Both the position numbers and the translations under genes were made by a program. This document shows positions 1-12,242 of a stretch of 64,000 nucleotides of DNA, one piece after another. Positions within the stretch are counted from its first letter, which is position 1. Every line of letters begins with the position of its first letter. Below the pieces are notes generated by a model, which worked only from the letters and a program-made list of their open reading frames with translations, was not told the DNA's origin and made no database searches. The DNA comes from Mobula hypostoma (taxonomy: Eukaryota). Location of the stretch: the NCBI RefSeq assembly GCF_963921235.1, contig NC_086109.1, forward strand, positions 20,772,001 through 20,836,000, read 5' to 3'.

Positions 1-444
1 GTGTTTTGAAAAAGCCTGTGTTGATAGAGGGTAATTGAAATCATTAACTCTCTTCAAATTGAATGGGTGGGCAGATGGAAAATTCAATAAAAACAACTAA
101 GGTCAATTGTGTGGGCACAAATATTGGTACCACTTAACCATCACAAACCTAGATGCTTTCAGACCTTGCTGCACTTTGCAGTACAGTTCCAATAATCATC
201 AAGTACTGTCTGCAAAACTGTTAGATGAGTGGAAACCGGCAATGCTGATTGTATGTTGTGTTGTGCACATTGGGTACAGATTGCTTAAAATGCCACCAGT
301 CTGTACCATTTATGTTCAGCAACAAGAGTATAATCTGTGAAATACATCGATGTCACATCTTATTGAAACCTGCAACAATCAACAAGTTATCACTAATTTT
401 CAAAAGCAGGAGCATGTCTATTGACTGTGGATCAAAGATCCCAA

Positions 445-865
445 ACCTGCTTGAGAGGTTAAACAGTTAGGGTCTGTACTGTTTGGGATTTTCAAGAGAG
501 AGGTGATGTCATTGAGATGTACAGAATCCTGAGGGGCATAATTGATCAGACGTAGAGTGGTTTTCACTACTGGGAAAGTCTGAATTGAGGAGACATGTTT
601 ACAAGGTAAGGTACTGGTTATTTCAACCAGAGGTTTGCAGAGGGTTGTGAATGTTTGGAATTTTCTACCCTGGAGGGGTGTGGAGGCTAGATCAATGGAA
701 GTACAGTATTTAAAGTGGTGTTAGATAATTTTTGAAAAATCAGGGAATTAAAGGTTAAGGGAAACTGGTCGAGGATTTGAAGCCTGGGGTGGGTCAACCA
801 CGATCATGTTGAATAACGACGACATCTTAAAGGCCAAGTGACCTACTTCTGTTCCTAAATTGTTT
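445..865 (+). mobile_element. old CR1 3' fragment (others at ~8600-8880, ~14490-14890, ~19640-20180, ~32160-32365, ~35130-35370, ~47830-48050, ~48200-48560)
   Basis: agagggttgtgaatgtttggaattttctacc..gtggaggct motif and the CR1 tail. Confidence 0.65.
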
Positions 866-1486
866 ATTCTTGCGTAATGTTGAGAATGTTTAAATGAGCT
901 TTTGTGATTATCAAGAAAATTTGTGACTTTGTTTAGTTTCACAGCCTTGGAAAATGTAAAAACCCATACAGGGATTTGCAGAAAATGCAGCCATAGATTT
1001 TGGAATTAATACTGTCTCTGAGTGCTTTGAGAAGGAAAGGAAAATTTACTGTGGATTGATTATTCACAACTTCGGTGTAGGCGGGTACGGTTTTTTTAAA
1101 GGGGCTATTTAGGGTCGTGAGTCATGCAATTTTTCATGTAAATTGAAAGTGTACAGCATGCCACCTATAAAAAGTACTCAATGCTACTTGAACATAAAAA
1201 CGTATTTTGACTGAAATTTGTGTCACTGTACTTATAAAGAGATTCCTAGACATCCCAATTAGTGTCACCCTCTCACTGACCCACTGACTGGGGCAGAGAG
1301 TCTGAAGGGATCTGCTCTGTGCAATAGCCTTAACCGGGAGGTGTAAGCAGTGTTGCACTGAGAACAAAGTCACCAGAGATATACTGTAGCTAGTGGATAT
1401 TGAAGTGTTTTACTCAACAAAATGAGGCACTCTTGGTGGAAGAGGCCTTTTCAACCCAACATTGCATGACATTTTATCAATCGACA

Positions 1487-2290
1487 CATTTAATGTCAGA
1501 GAACTGTATACAATATACACTCTGAAATAGTTTTCCTTCGCAAACATCCAGGAAAACAAGTGCCCCAAAGAATGAATGACAGTTAAACATTAGAACCCCA
1601 AAGCCCCCACCCCCCGAGCTCTCCTCTCCCACGCACAAGCAGCAGCGAGGCAGCGACCCCCACCCTGTTGTCCCCTACCAGCAAAAAAAATTGGCGCCCT
1701 CCACCGAGCACTCAAGCATGCAGCAAAGTACTAATAAAGACACAGACTTGCAGTACCCCAAAGACTGCTCATTCACCTGGTAATGACGTACCACAGGCAC
1801 GCTCTTGCTCTATCTCTTGCTCTCTTTTGGGAAAAAGAGGTGTCTCCATTTCACAGCAAGAAAGGAGACATAACACACAACTCACTGATGTTAAAGGTCT
1901 GTTGCGTCACTTTTGCTGAGCTCTGTGCCCAGAGACTTGGCCCCGGGAAGGCTCAGGTGTCTGGTCACACAGCTGGCAGCCAACCTGCTGCCCCTGATGT
2001 TTCATGTTCTCCCAGGACATCTCAGTCAAGAGCACCGGCCTTGAATCAGCCCGTCCCCAGAGCAATGGAAATCCAGCATCCTGAAGGCGCGCTAGTCTTA
2101 CAGGCCATGTCCTTGGGATATCAAAAGGCGGTCAGTCATTAGGCCCTGAGAGCAGGTCCCATTCAGAGTGTAACTTCAGGTCAGGGTCTTCAAAAGAACC
2201 TTGAAAAGGGGAAAAAAAGATATTGAAGATAGAAATAGATCTGTTTTCAAAGATGCAAGCAACAGAGTCGCCGTTTAGCGCCATCTTGAC
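1487..2290 (-). repeat. non-autonomous LINE-derived repeat (related sequence at ~25135-25880, ~34850-35080, ~42866-43605)
   Basis: Shared block atcagagaa.tgta..ata.a.cctgaaat..cccaaagaatgaa; - strand starts with AAGATGGCG. Confidence 0.5.
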
Positions 2291-5035
2291 TTTGCTCTGC
2301 TCCATATGCTAAAGATCGAAGGACAATTCTATGTTTACAATGTAAATACAATGCTTCCTTCGAATAACATGATTTTCACACCTCCTTTGCTCCTGACTTT
2401 GTGTCCAGACACCCAAAGTGAATGTTAATCAGCATTGTCTAGTTTTCAATTAACAGCTCCAGGAAACTATTTCCAGGGCAGCATTTTTAATTTAATGTAC
2501 AATTCACATTCAGGTCTTAAAAATTGGTTGCTGAAGTTAACATTTTGCTATGTAACCCAACTCCAAAGTATGCCCTTACAAGCAGTTCAATGTCCTGTAG
2601 CTGTAAGGATTATCACATTACTAATGGTATTAACAGCAAATTAAACAGAAGCACAGCACTACAAAATGTTCCTAGACTAAGTGGGCTAAGTATGACAAAT
2701 AACTTTTTGTTAGTGTAAAATCATCAGTATGGACTTGTAAAGGAAAGATAATCAAGTAGCATTGGTTGCAGGGAGCAGAGAGAAGGGTGATGGGCAGAGA
2801 TGGGAGTATCACTCCTAAAGCGGAAATGAACCCGTAAATAGCAGGTAGCTAGAAAATGAGATAGAATGAGGTGTGGGGTGATGGCACCATGAACAGTAAG
2901 AGCAGGGGATTGGAGAAGGAAAAAATGGGTAAAGGTTTGAGGAGAAGATTGGAGAAAGGGAAACGAGAGAGGGGAACGAGCAGAGTAAAGACTGTGTGCA
3001 TGATGGCAATCTTTCATCATATATTTAGAGTGTAAATGGGCATGTATGTTGGTTCCTGCAGCAGAGCCTGGTCTCTGATATGGACCTCCTTGTTAATGGA
3101 CCAAACCCTGGTCTGTCAAGATTGTGTGGTGATTGATGTCTAGTGTCTATCTTGTTAAAAGAAATTGCCACAGATATCTTCTGTTACTTGAAATGAAGCT
3201 TTGGACCAAAAATATCAGCACCCTTTCAGGAAGAACTCAAAATCTTGATGGGCTTGAACATTATTTTGCTGCCATGGCCCACAAACTCAAAAGGGTTGAT
3301 GCTGACATGGCCACCCTAAGTGGGAGATGATGAGGAAGAGAAGGCCAGCTCAATGAATGGAGTGATATGTCTGCTTTTTATTCTGCTACTGCAAACTGCA
3401 GCAAAACACTGTCTTCATGGAACTGTTTTTGTCAAGAATGAACTGGTCTGCAATCTTCATTTCAGTGGTCTAGCCTCCACCACCACCTTCACCTGGATTA
3501 GGTGAGCAATTCTAAAGCTCACTCTGCTTTGGAACCTGTGCACTATGGTGCATATCCCCAACCCTAAATGAAATAGACAAGATAAGGAATTAAACAGTCC
3601 AACTGTGAACAATGCCCAAACCCAGGTTTCAACAGAAGATACAATATGAATGAATTTTTTCTTGTCAGTCATTTTGCCTCATATGGGTGGTTTTTTTTTA
3701 GCATCATTTAGCTCGAACCTTGCATTCACTTTGGGGTGAAAGTCATGTCAGGACAGGATTAGAAGCTCAATGAATACCAGATTGTTTTTGGCATTCACAA
3801 TATGCCTGTGCGAGTAACTCGCAGAAGAGACTGATATGTGACTATGCCACAGGGAATCTGACATTATTTAATCTGCTGTCTTTGTCATTGTAGCTGAACT
3901 TGTACCCTGGCTCTTTTTATACCTGGTCTACAACTCACCGCCCCACCATGATTAAAATAAAATTTTGCAGTTGTACCATTTACAAAAGGAGAGTGCAACT
4001 TTTGGGTGAGGTCCCCATTCAGGTAGAGCTTGACCAATATGAAAGCTGCTATTTGGGGAAGCAAATGTGCAGTTGTCAGCTGGAAATGGCCGTGTAACCA
4101 AGTTCAGCATTTTAAGCACCATTATGTTCTTCAAAGACTTGTGCAAATTCTGGGCCAGGTATATGTTATTGACTTGGAGAATTTATAATCTTGAAGCCAG
4201 AGCTGGTAATGTGAAGGTGTAAAGTTAGATCTCCATGATACCACTTGAAGAAATTGAATCTTTATTGATAAACAGTAAGTGATTGTGAAGCCATTCAAGT
4301 ACTGTAAATATCCAGCTGTTTCACTAACAAACTGTGAAATGAAATTTGCTATCGATAACTGTCTGGAGCAGCATTTGATGTGAAAATGGTTACAAAATGG
4401 CTATTAAAGTTGTGCACCAGCTCTCTCAGTTGTATTAAATTACCATCAGAGAGTAGAGTATTGTCATATTCTGACTGCAAAGCAAATGCTAAAAGGATCC
4501 CCTGTAAATTCAGTTTTCTATTTTGAAAGAACATCGGTACCTTTAAGACTTGGTGAGACTGAAGCTGTGTAATGCAATTAGAAGTTGAGTCAAGTGAATT
4601 CAGACTCTTTCCTTCAGGTTAGCACTGCATTGTCTGAACCTCAGTTAACCACATCAGTTCGAAAGGATTACAGAGCCCGTGCTTAGTTTAATCATTTCAT
4701 AACCAGTGTTATTAAATCTATATCCCTTCCTCTGATTTCAGTATTCAGACTTTCTGTGATAAACCTCAGTAACAGTTACCCTTTGAAAAGTAACCTGTCT
4801 TTCTTGTTCAGTGAGTCATTATATTGCAAAATTAAGGAGAAATGCAAGTAATGTGTTTGCAATGCCCATGTGTGTTCCAGGATATATTCTTTAGCATGAT
4901 TTTGCATAGAAATATAATTGAGAAAAATGCAAGTTTTTATTTATTGATGGAAGAGAATTGTTATCATAGAGTGATTCTGGGTACTGCCATCTGAACAGGC
5001 AGTGGGAAGCACAAGTGTTTAATTGACAGTGTTAT

Positions 5036-6180
5036 ACTTCAAAGTTCAAAGTAAATTTATTATCAAATTACATATGTGTTGCTATATACTACCTTCAGAT
5101 TCATTTTCTTGCTGGCATTTGCAGGAAAAAAGAAATAGAATAGAATATTATGTACATAGACAAAGATTGACAGCCAATGTGCAAAAGAAGACAAATTGTG
5201 CAAATGAAAATAATACTGAGAACATGAGTTGTAAGGAGTCCTTGAAAATGAGTCGGTGGGTCCAGAATAATGGTGAATAATGTTATCCATGCCAATTCAG
5301 GAGCCTGATGTTTGTGATGAACCTGGTGATGTGAGACTTGAGGTTTCTGTACCTCCTGTCCGACATTTGTAGTGAGAAAAGGGCATGGCTGGAGTCGGGG
5401 GTCTTTGACGGATGCTGCTTTCTTGTGGCAGAACTTCTTGTAAATCCGTTGAATGGTAGGGTGGGTTTTGCTGTGATGGACTGGGCTATACTCAACACTT
5501 CCTTTAGACTGCATTCTTGGGCATTGATGTTTCCATACCAGGCCGTGGTACAACCGGTTAGGATACTCTCTACTTTGTAACTATAGAGATTTGTCAGTTT
5601 TTGGTGACCTGCCAAATCTATGCAAAACTTCTAAGAAAGCTGTCGTGCCATCTTTCTGATGACACTTAAGTGCTGGTTCCCAGACAGATTCTTTGATAGG
5701 TTAACACCAAAAAAGAAGGAAAGCTATGGACTGACTCCACCTCCATTCCCCTGATGAACTCGGGCTCCTGGATATCCGGCTTCTTCCTCCTGTCATTCTT
5801 TGGTTTTGCTGGTGTTGTGTTTGGTGGTTGTTATGTCGCAATTAAACCAAATTTTCAGTCTCCCTCTTATATACCAATTTATCACCACCTTTGGTTCATC
5901 CAACAACAGAGGTGCTATCAGCAAACTTAAATATAGCATTGGAGCTGCCACACTCGTAAGTGCAAAGTGAGTAGAGCCAGGGGCTAAGCACACAGCTCTG
6001 GTGCACCTGTGCCAATGATAAGTGTGAAGGAGATGTTGTCGCCAATCTGTACTAAGTTGGGTCTTTCAGTGAGGAAATGGAAGATCCAGTTGTATAGGGA
6101 GGTATTGAGGCCCAGGTCTTGGAGTTTAGTGATGAATTTTGAGGGGGTGATTAGTGTTGAATGCTGAGTTGTAGACATTT
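5036..6180 (-). mobile_element. Rex1/Babar-like LINE 3' fragment (similar - strand fragments at ~21150-21740, ~28690-29065, ~38785-39510, ~39845-40280, ~52780-53250)
   Basis: TPSKFITKLQDLGLNTSLYNWI; VESILTGCTTAWYGN; caaagttcaaagtaaatttattatc tail. Confidence 0.78.
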
Positions 6181-7074
6181 CTCACAATACAGGACTGAGA
6201 GGTGACTTTTTAGTTGTATATTCATCTAAATGCTGCAAAAAAAAAAGAAAAAATGTGGAAATACTCTGTAGGTCTGGTAGCATGTCCAGAGAGGTAATAA
6301 TTTAATCATATCTATGGTAAGGGCTTAACCAAAATGATGTAATCAATGTGTAGTAATATTGGGAAACTATTTTATATTAAGTGGCAGTGAAGATAGTTTC
6401 CCTACACCCTTGTACTCTGCCAATGCAATAGATTCCTAGTTTTCTGAGCTTTTCTATCAGCTTGTGGTTTAGTTCTGAATCTTAACCCAAAGCTAAATCT
6501 GTCAATTTTGCAATGTGACCAACAGCAACCAACCAATGTAGTGGATTCTGAATACTGTTGGGTGTCCAACCACATCCTGCACACTGCACTGTTAATTTTA
6601 ACGGTGCATTCTCTGAACATTATAAACCAATCCAAATAACTTGTGGTTATTTTAGTTGACTAGGGAAGCGACAGTTCCATGACAAGTTGTTGTTGTGCTG
6701 GTGTTTTGCACAGCAGAAGGTACCTGATACTCTTATCTTTTAAGTAAAGCTTGCAGGGGCATTCCTAACTTTTTCAAGGTTTGGTGGGAATGAACATTGT
6801 GAAATGTTCACTTAAAATTTCAATGTAAATCTTCTGGATACTGTGGGATTATTAAATGAAGCAGGGGGAGAACTCTAAGTAGTGCCTTTCTTGACTGTGA
6901 TATGATTAAAAATTTTTTAAAGCCAAAGAAGACACTCTTGGGGTATGGTCACTGTTTTAATGGAGGAAATGCAATAGCAACTTCAGCTATGGCAAAGTCC
7001 AACAAGTAATACAATAGTAACTTTTGCTTCTTTTGTGGTAACTTTGAGGCATATACTGTTAGTGAGGATAACTT

Positions 7075-7495
7075 ACTGTCCATTATGCCACTGGTATTTA
7101 GGGCAGCAATGAAGGTCTTCCTTGTCTGGCAGTGTTCAGGGTATCCCTCATCATGTCAGTAGCTTCCTTGGTTTTCACTACTGTCAGTCACACCAGTTCT
7201 GAATGGATACGCAGGAGTATCATCACACTCAGGTGTAGAAGGATTCTTCATTGCTGTTTCCACAGCAATTTTGTTTTGCCAGTCAGGGTTGATAGCTTTG
7301 AGCTGACCCCCCCCCCCCCCAGAATCTGGAGGACTGGTGGACACTTAGTCTGGCCTTTACCCTTTGACCTGTTTGGCATGGGTGACCCTACTAAGAGCTG
7401 AAGCATAAAGCCCTGACTCCAGCCAACACAGCTGTCTCGGTCATTGAGGCACACAAGCTTCTAAACACAACAAGGTCATGGTCCTCTTGGAAGGT
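7075..7495 (-). mobile_element. short RTE-clade-derived non-autonomous retroelement (5' UTR plus 3' end)
   Basis: RTE-type 5' motif gggtcacccatgcc..caggtcaaaggg and 3' end tgctgcccta..cagtaagt on the - strand; second copy at 26832-27794. Confidence 0.65.
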
Positions 7496-8880
7496 TAGTG
7501 AAAATCTGGAATAATATTCCTTTGCTCTTCATCAAAATAGTGCCTTAAAGCTTTTATATCCACTTCAAAAAAAAATGTAACTGTGGGAGTAGGTCATGTA
7601 GCCTCCCAAGCCATGCTATGGTGTTCAACAAGATCTAATTCAAGAAATCTAATCAATCTGTCAATCTGTGTTTTGAATACTGAAAATTTTCCAACTGATT
7701 TCCCTCCATTTCCTCTGTTCTACTATTTGCTCCTCATCTCCCCACCTGTGGTTCCCATGCCCCGAACTCGACACAACCCTCCCTCTTCCGCCCCCCCCAC
7801 TCCCCATTTGCCCTTCCTCCACAGATTTATTTCTTTGCAACAATTCATACTGAATAAATGTAACCTATGTAAAATGCTGAGTAACACGTACAAAATGCTG
7901 GAGGAACTCAACAGGTCAGGACTGATGATTGGTCTCAGTCCAAAATATTGACTGTTGATTCCTTTCCATAGATGTTGCCCAAATTCCTCCAGCGCATGCA
8001 TGTGTGTCATGATGTGACATTACCCTGGATTTCCAGCATCTGCAGAATCTTTTGTATTTATGAAAAAAGTGCCATTTTGCAATGCAAGTTATACAACAAT
8101 AAAAGAGTGTGGGGGTTCTTGTTGCTGTTTTTGTTATTGTGGAAAGGAGGAATTTTTGGGTCTGCAAGTTTTGTTCTTTTTCGTGCTTTCGGAGGCGGGG
8201 TGTTGATAGTTGATGTCTTCCATCAACACCCATGGCATTTCTGTATTTACCAGCTGACAAATGTCAGAGTTGTATCGTACATGCATGTTTTGACAATAAA
8301 GGGAACTTTTGAAAATTGTCATGCTGATATACACGTGTATCACACTTAGTGGACTCAGTGTTGATTCGTTATTTAGTACTGGAGTCAAATCTCTTATGGA
8401 TGCACATCCGCCTTGCTTGAAAAAAAGACATTGGCTGCTATTGCGTGTTGGTGTGCCAGGAATTCCTGACCTCCACTGACACACCTTCAGTTTTGATCTC
8501 GTCTCTGCATGACTCAGTGAGGAATAAACCACTGAGGAACATGCTGGGACCACTGGTGAGGGCAGGCTTGGGCAAGCCAAGCAGCTGCTCAGCATTGCGA
8601 TGCAGGGCCCGGCTGCATTCTTGGAGGCAGCCATTCCTGGGGATTCCCGACACAGCCTCAGAGTAGAATGCCGTCCCTTTAGAACAGAGGTGAGGATTTT
8701 TTTTAGCCAGAGGGTGATAATATTCATTGTCGCAGACGGCAGTGGAGGCCAAATCTTTGCGTATATCCAAAGTGAAGGTTGATAGGTTCTTGATTCGTAA
8801 GAGCCTCAAAAGGAATGGGGTTGAAAGGGAAAATAAATTGGTCATGAATGCCAGAACAAACTTGATGGGCTGAATAATCT

Positions 8881-9421
8881 TGTTGTAGCGTGGATGAAAT
8901 CACCAGAGACAGAGTCACTGGTAGATATAAAAGCAGCTTCTTTATTCCACACAACAAGGTACAGGCGGACGCTTTCGGTAGAAAGGTCTGCTAGCCCAAT
9001 GTGGGCTCGATATTTATATGCTAAACACAAAGGCAATCGCTACTCAAAAAATTACAGACAATGCTTCCTTTTGAAGCTACATACAAACATCACACCTTCT
9101 GAGTTCATCCTTTCCTTCTGACACCAACACGTCTGGGTTGGTATCCACAGCCTTTAGGATTGCAAGTTAAATCCACAATATGTTTATTTGGCATTTTACA
9201 TGCTAACATAGAAGACAATTAATATTTATAAAGTATAGTTAATACTGTCCTTGAAACTACAGCATTTGGTCAAACTACGGCGCCAGAAGCATCTGGTATT
9301 CACACCCTTTTAGGAAGCGCATTGTTGTGGACTCAATCCACAGTACTTCGTCAAATAGGAGTTTGGTGTCCAAAGATATTTAAGTGTAAACAAATCATCT
9401 ACCCAAAAACTCACTCTAAGA
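8881..9421 (-). repeat. 3' LTR of the provirus
   Basis: Direct repeat of 13658-14190; preceded on the - strand by the purine-rich tract GGAGGGCCAAGAGGAGGGAC (PPT, 9422-9441); AATAAA on the - strand at 8941-8946. Confidence 0.93.
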
Positions 9422-10218
9422 GTCCCTCCTCTTGGCCCTCCTGGATAAAAACTTAATTTGTATCAGGAAAGGCCAACCTAGGAGGCTCTGCTCAAATAGG
9501 GCCACAAAAATGCCCTGTCTCAAAATTCCCCCCCAATTTCATGTACCTCAATATCTATCCTAGCATTACCTAATCGCTACCTACCAAATGTTAAGCAGAG
9601 AGGCTGTTCCAAGTCTTTAGAAATATGGCTCCTTTCGTGTGCCTGTCAGCTCTTTCCCTGCAGCTTAGTTAAGTTCCTTTGTCTTCAGCCCTTTATCCTC
9701 TGGCCGCTGAAACTCTCCCTACAGGAGCACCCACAGGCTCTCTCATCGATGTACAGGAAGGGGTTGGGTGGCCTCTATGTAAATGTCTGCAAGGACCTCT
9801 CCCCAGTGGCACCCCCTTCTGAACTATTCGGATAATCACTGGCCCAACTGCTGAAAAGGGCCCAGCTCCTCAGACTCGGGGTGACTGCTTTCAGATGCCA
9901 TGTGCAGTCTGAAATGCCATCGAAGTGGTGGAACTTGCTGTCTCTGCTTTAACTCAAAAATCCCTCCCCATCTATTTCCCGATAAATTTCTATACTATGC
10001 TATAAAATTAATCATCTACCTTCAGCAACCAGCCTTCTTTACAGAGTACCGTCATCATCACACTTTAGCAGGCTATTCATGGTTTTCCAACATGTCCTCA
10101 GTGTCTTCTGCCACTTTTTCGGCGTTTTCTGCCTTTGCGTTTCCTCTGGGTATGTTTTCATCAGCTGTGGCCAGGTCTGGAATGGCTGGCAGGTGTTCCT
10201 CTCTTAGGGTCTCTGTTA

Positions 10219-11300
10219 TTACATGGTTACTGGGTACACTTGGTTCCCCACTCTGTCTGTGGGAGCAACAAAAGGGTGAGTCCAGTGTTTCCACTGGCTG
10301 CCTTGCTGAGTCTGTACACAGACACGTGTATCATAGGTTAAGAGTACCATCTGTGGTCTTATCCACATGGGGGCAAACCCCGGCCTTTCCGGCAGCACCC
10401 TCACCATAACTTGGTTGCCGGGCTGTGGAAGGACTATCCCCTTTCCCCCTGGCTCTCTCTGATCAGCGATTCGCTGTTGTTTCACTCGGTCCTTTAATAC
10501 TTTAAGTTGGTTACAAAGGTCTTTCACATATTGTGCATTCTATCCCTTTAATCCCCAGGCTCCCCGCAACCCGTAATTACCCCATAGGGGAGTCGCATTG
10601 CTCTCCCCATCAATAATTCGTAGGGGTTGAGACCCAACGTGCGGTTCGGGGTTGCACGCAATCTCATCAGGGTTCCTGGTAATACATCAACCCATGTCTT
10701 TCCTGTCTCAGCTGTAGCTTTGGCTAATGCACTCTTGATTGTTCAGTTCATCCTTTCTACCATCCCTGAACTCTGGGGGTGGTAGGGTACGTGGAACTGC
10801 TGTCCAATCCCTAGCAACCGGCACATTTCCCCGTGAAATGTGCTCCCTGATCTGAATCCACCTGAACTGGGGTTCCCCACCTTGGGAGGATTTCCTAAAC
10901 TAGGATCCATGCAGCGGTGCGGGCAGTGCAGTCCCTTGTTGGGAAAGCCTCTACCCATTGGGTGAAATTATCCATAATTACTAGACAGTAGCTTTTCCCC
11001 CTGGTTTTTGGCAGGGGCCCTGAGCAGTCTATCTGGATGTTTTCCCAGGATCCTCTCGGCTGAGGCTGATTTGCCAGCTGTAGCCTTCTGCCCTTACCAG
11101 GGTTATACTGGGTACAAATGATACAATGGCGGCAAAATTTCTCTACATCCCCACCCATCCCTGGCCTCTACCAGTTCTGCTGGAGGGTTGTGATCATGCT
11201 GTGCCTTCCCTGATGCATCACCGCGTGATATAACTTTAGTAGTATCTGTCTAATACAGGGTGGGGCCACTGCGACTCTTTCCTCCCCACGTGTCCAGCAC
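10219..11300 (-). pseudogene. retroviral integrase remnant
   Basis: HHCC finger (YHAVMHQG...CRHCIIC), QIDCSGPLP, DNFTQWVEAFP, PYHPQSSGMVERMN; several stops and frameshifts. Confidence 0.9.
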
Positions 11301-11879
11301 CCATCTGGTCCCTCCTTTGCTCCTTTTCTCCTCCATTTTTCCTTTTCTCCTCCATTTTTCCTTTTCTCCTCCATTTTTCCTTTTCTTCTCCATTTTTCCT
11401 TTTCTTCTGCCTCTACCTCTTCATATAATTTCACTAAGCTGGCTTCTATCATTTCCTCCTGCATACTTGCAATTTCAGTTGCCTCTTGTTCCCCTGCTGC
11501 CTTATTCACAGTGATGTCTGCCCTCGGAGGAACTGGGAAAACTTTGTTCTGGAGTGGCCGCAGTCTCTCTGAGTATTCTTGTATTTTGTTTTTGATCCTT
11601 CGCTATACCCTGAACAGCGGTCAGTGTGTCAGTTTGTATAGGGTCCTGCTTGGGGGGTTTATACAGATCCTGCTCTATTTTAACTGGGTTTATCTTTACT
11701 CAACCACAATCTTGCTTGTGTGTAACTCACACTGCTGGGAACTGCTGAGAAGGTAAACCATAGACCCCATCTGGGCCGCAGTCTCCTATGATTGGGGCAG
11801 CTGCGACTGTGCTAGGCAGGTTGTGTATTCTGCTGGTTGTATGCTTTCGCTGCCCCTGACTCGTCCATATTATTTCTCC

Positions 11880-12170
11880 CTTTCCCGAATCTATAACATC
11901 CTGCTTCCCTTAGGATGTCTATTCCAAGGCTTGTGTCCTCATTATTTGGACATACCCAAAAATACACTGGAAGCTGCACTCCCCTGATTTCTAGTATTTA
12001 TCTTCTTTCTGCTTTTACTGTTTTTCCTCCTGCACCCCTGATATAACTGGCCTGTCCGGTTGTTGGTAAGGTAAGCCCGTTGTCGATACTGATGCCCCTG
12101 TGTCCACTAATACATTACATTGCCGCCCCCCCCCCCCAACAATGTCGTTGTGTACAGCCGCGGGTCACCA
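11880..12170 (-). pseudogene. retroviral aspartic protease remnant
   Basis: GDPRLYTTTLLG, a frameshift in a poly-G run, then NVLVDTGASVST (DTGA at 12093-12104) and a C-terminal SLGIDIL. Confidence 0.8.
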
Positions 12171-12242
12171 GCGCTGGCAGTGGAGCCTGCTGCCACATCC
12201 TTTTCTTCCCTAAGAGGCACCGTTACTAGCTCTTTGATCTGA

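Noticed and set aside
3306..3345. GDDEEEK-encoding stretch resembling the end of CAPZA exon 1 (…SDEEK)
   Set aside because: No GT donor follows (gccagc), and the nearby ATG frame hits a TGA. Exon 1 is more likely upstream of the window.
8134..8727. 197-aa - strand ORF and overlapping ORFs
   Set aside because: No recognisable domain; partly antisense to a CR1 3' fragment; probably a chance ORF.
9422..11300. Gmr1-type Gypsy with PR-IN-RT order as the explanation for the missing RT
   Set aside because: No RT motifs or space downstream of IN (~800 bp to the PPT), and the integrase motifs look retroviral.
11322..11407. CRISPR-like repeat array
   Set aside because: Direct tandem units with no spacers, in eukaryotic proviral sequence; no cas genes.
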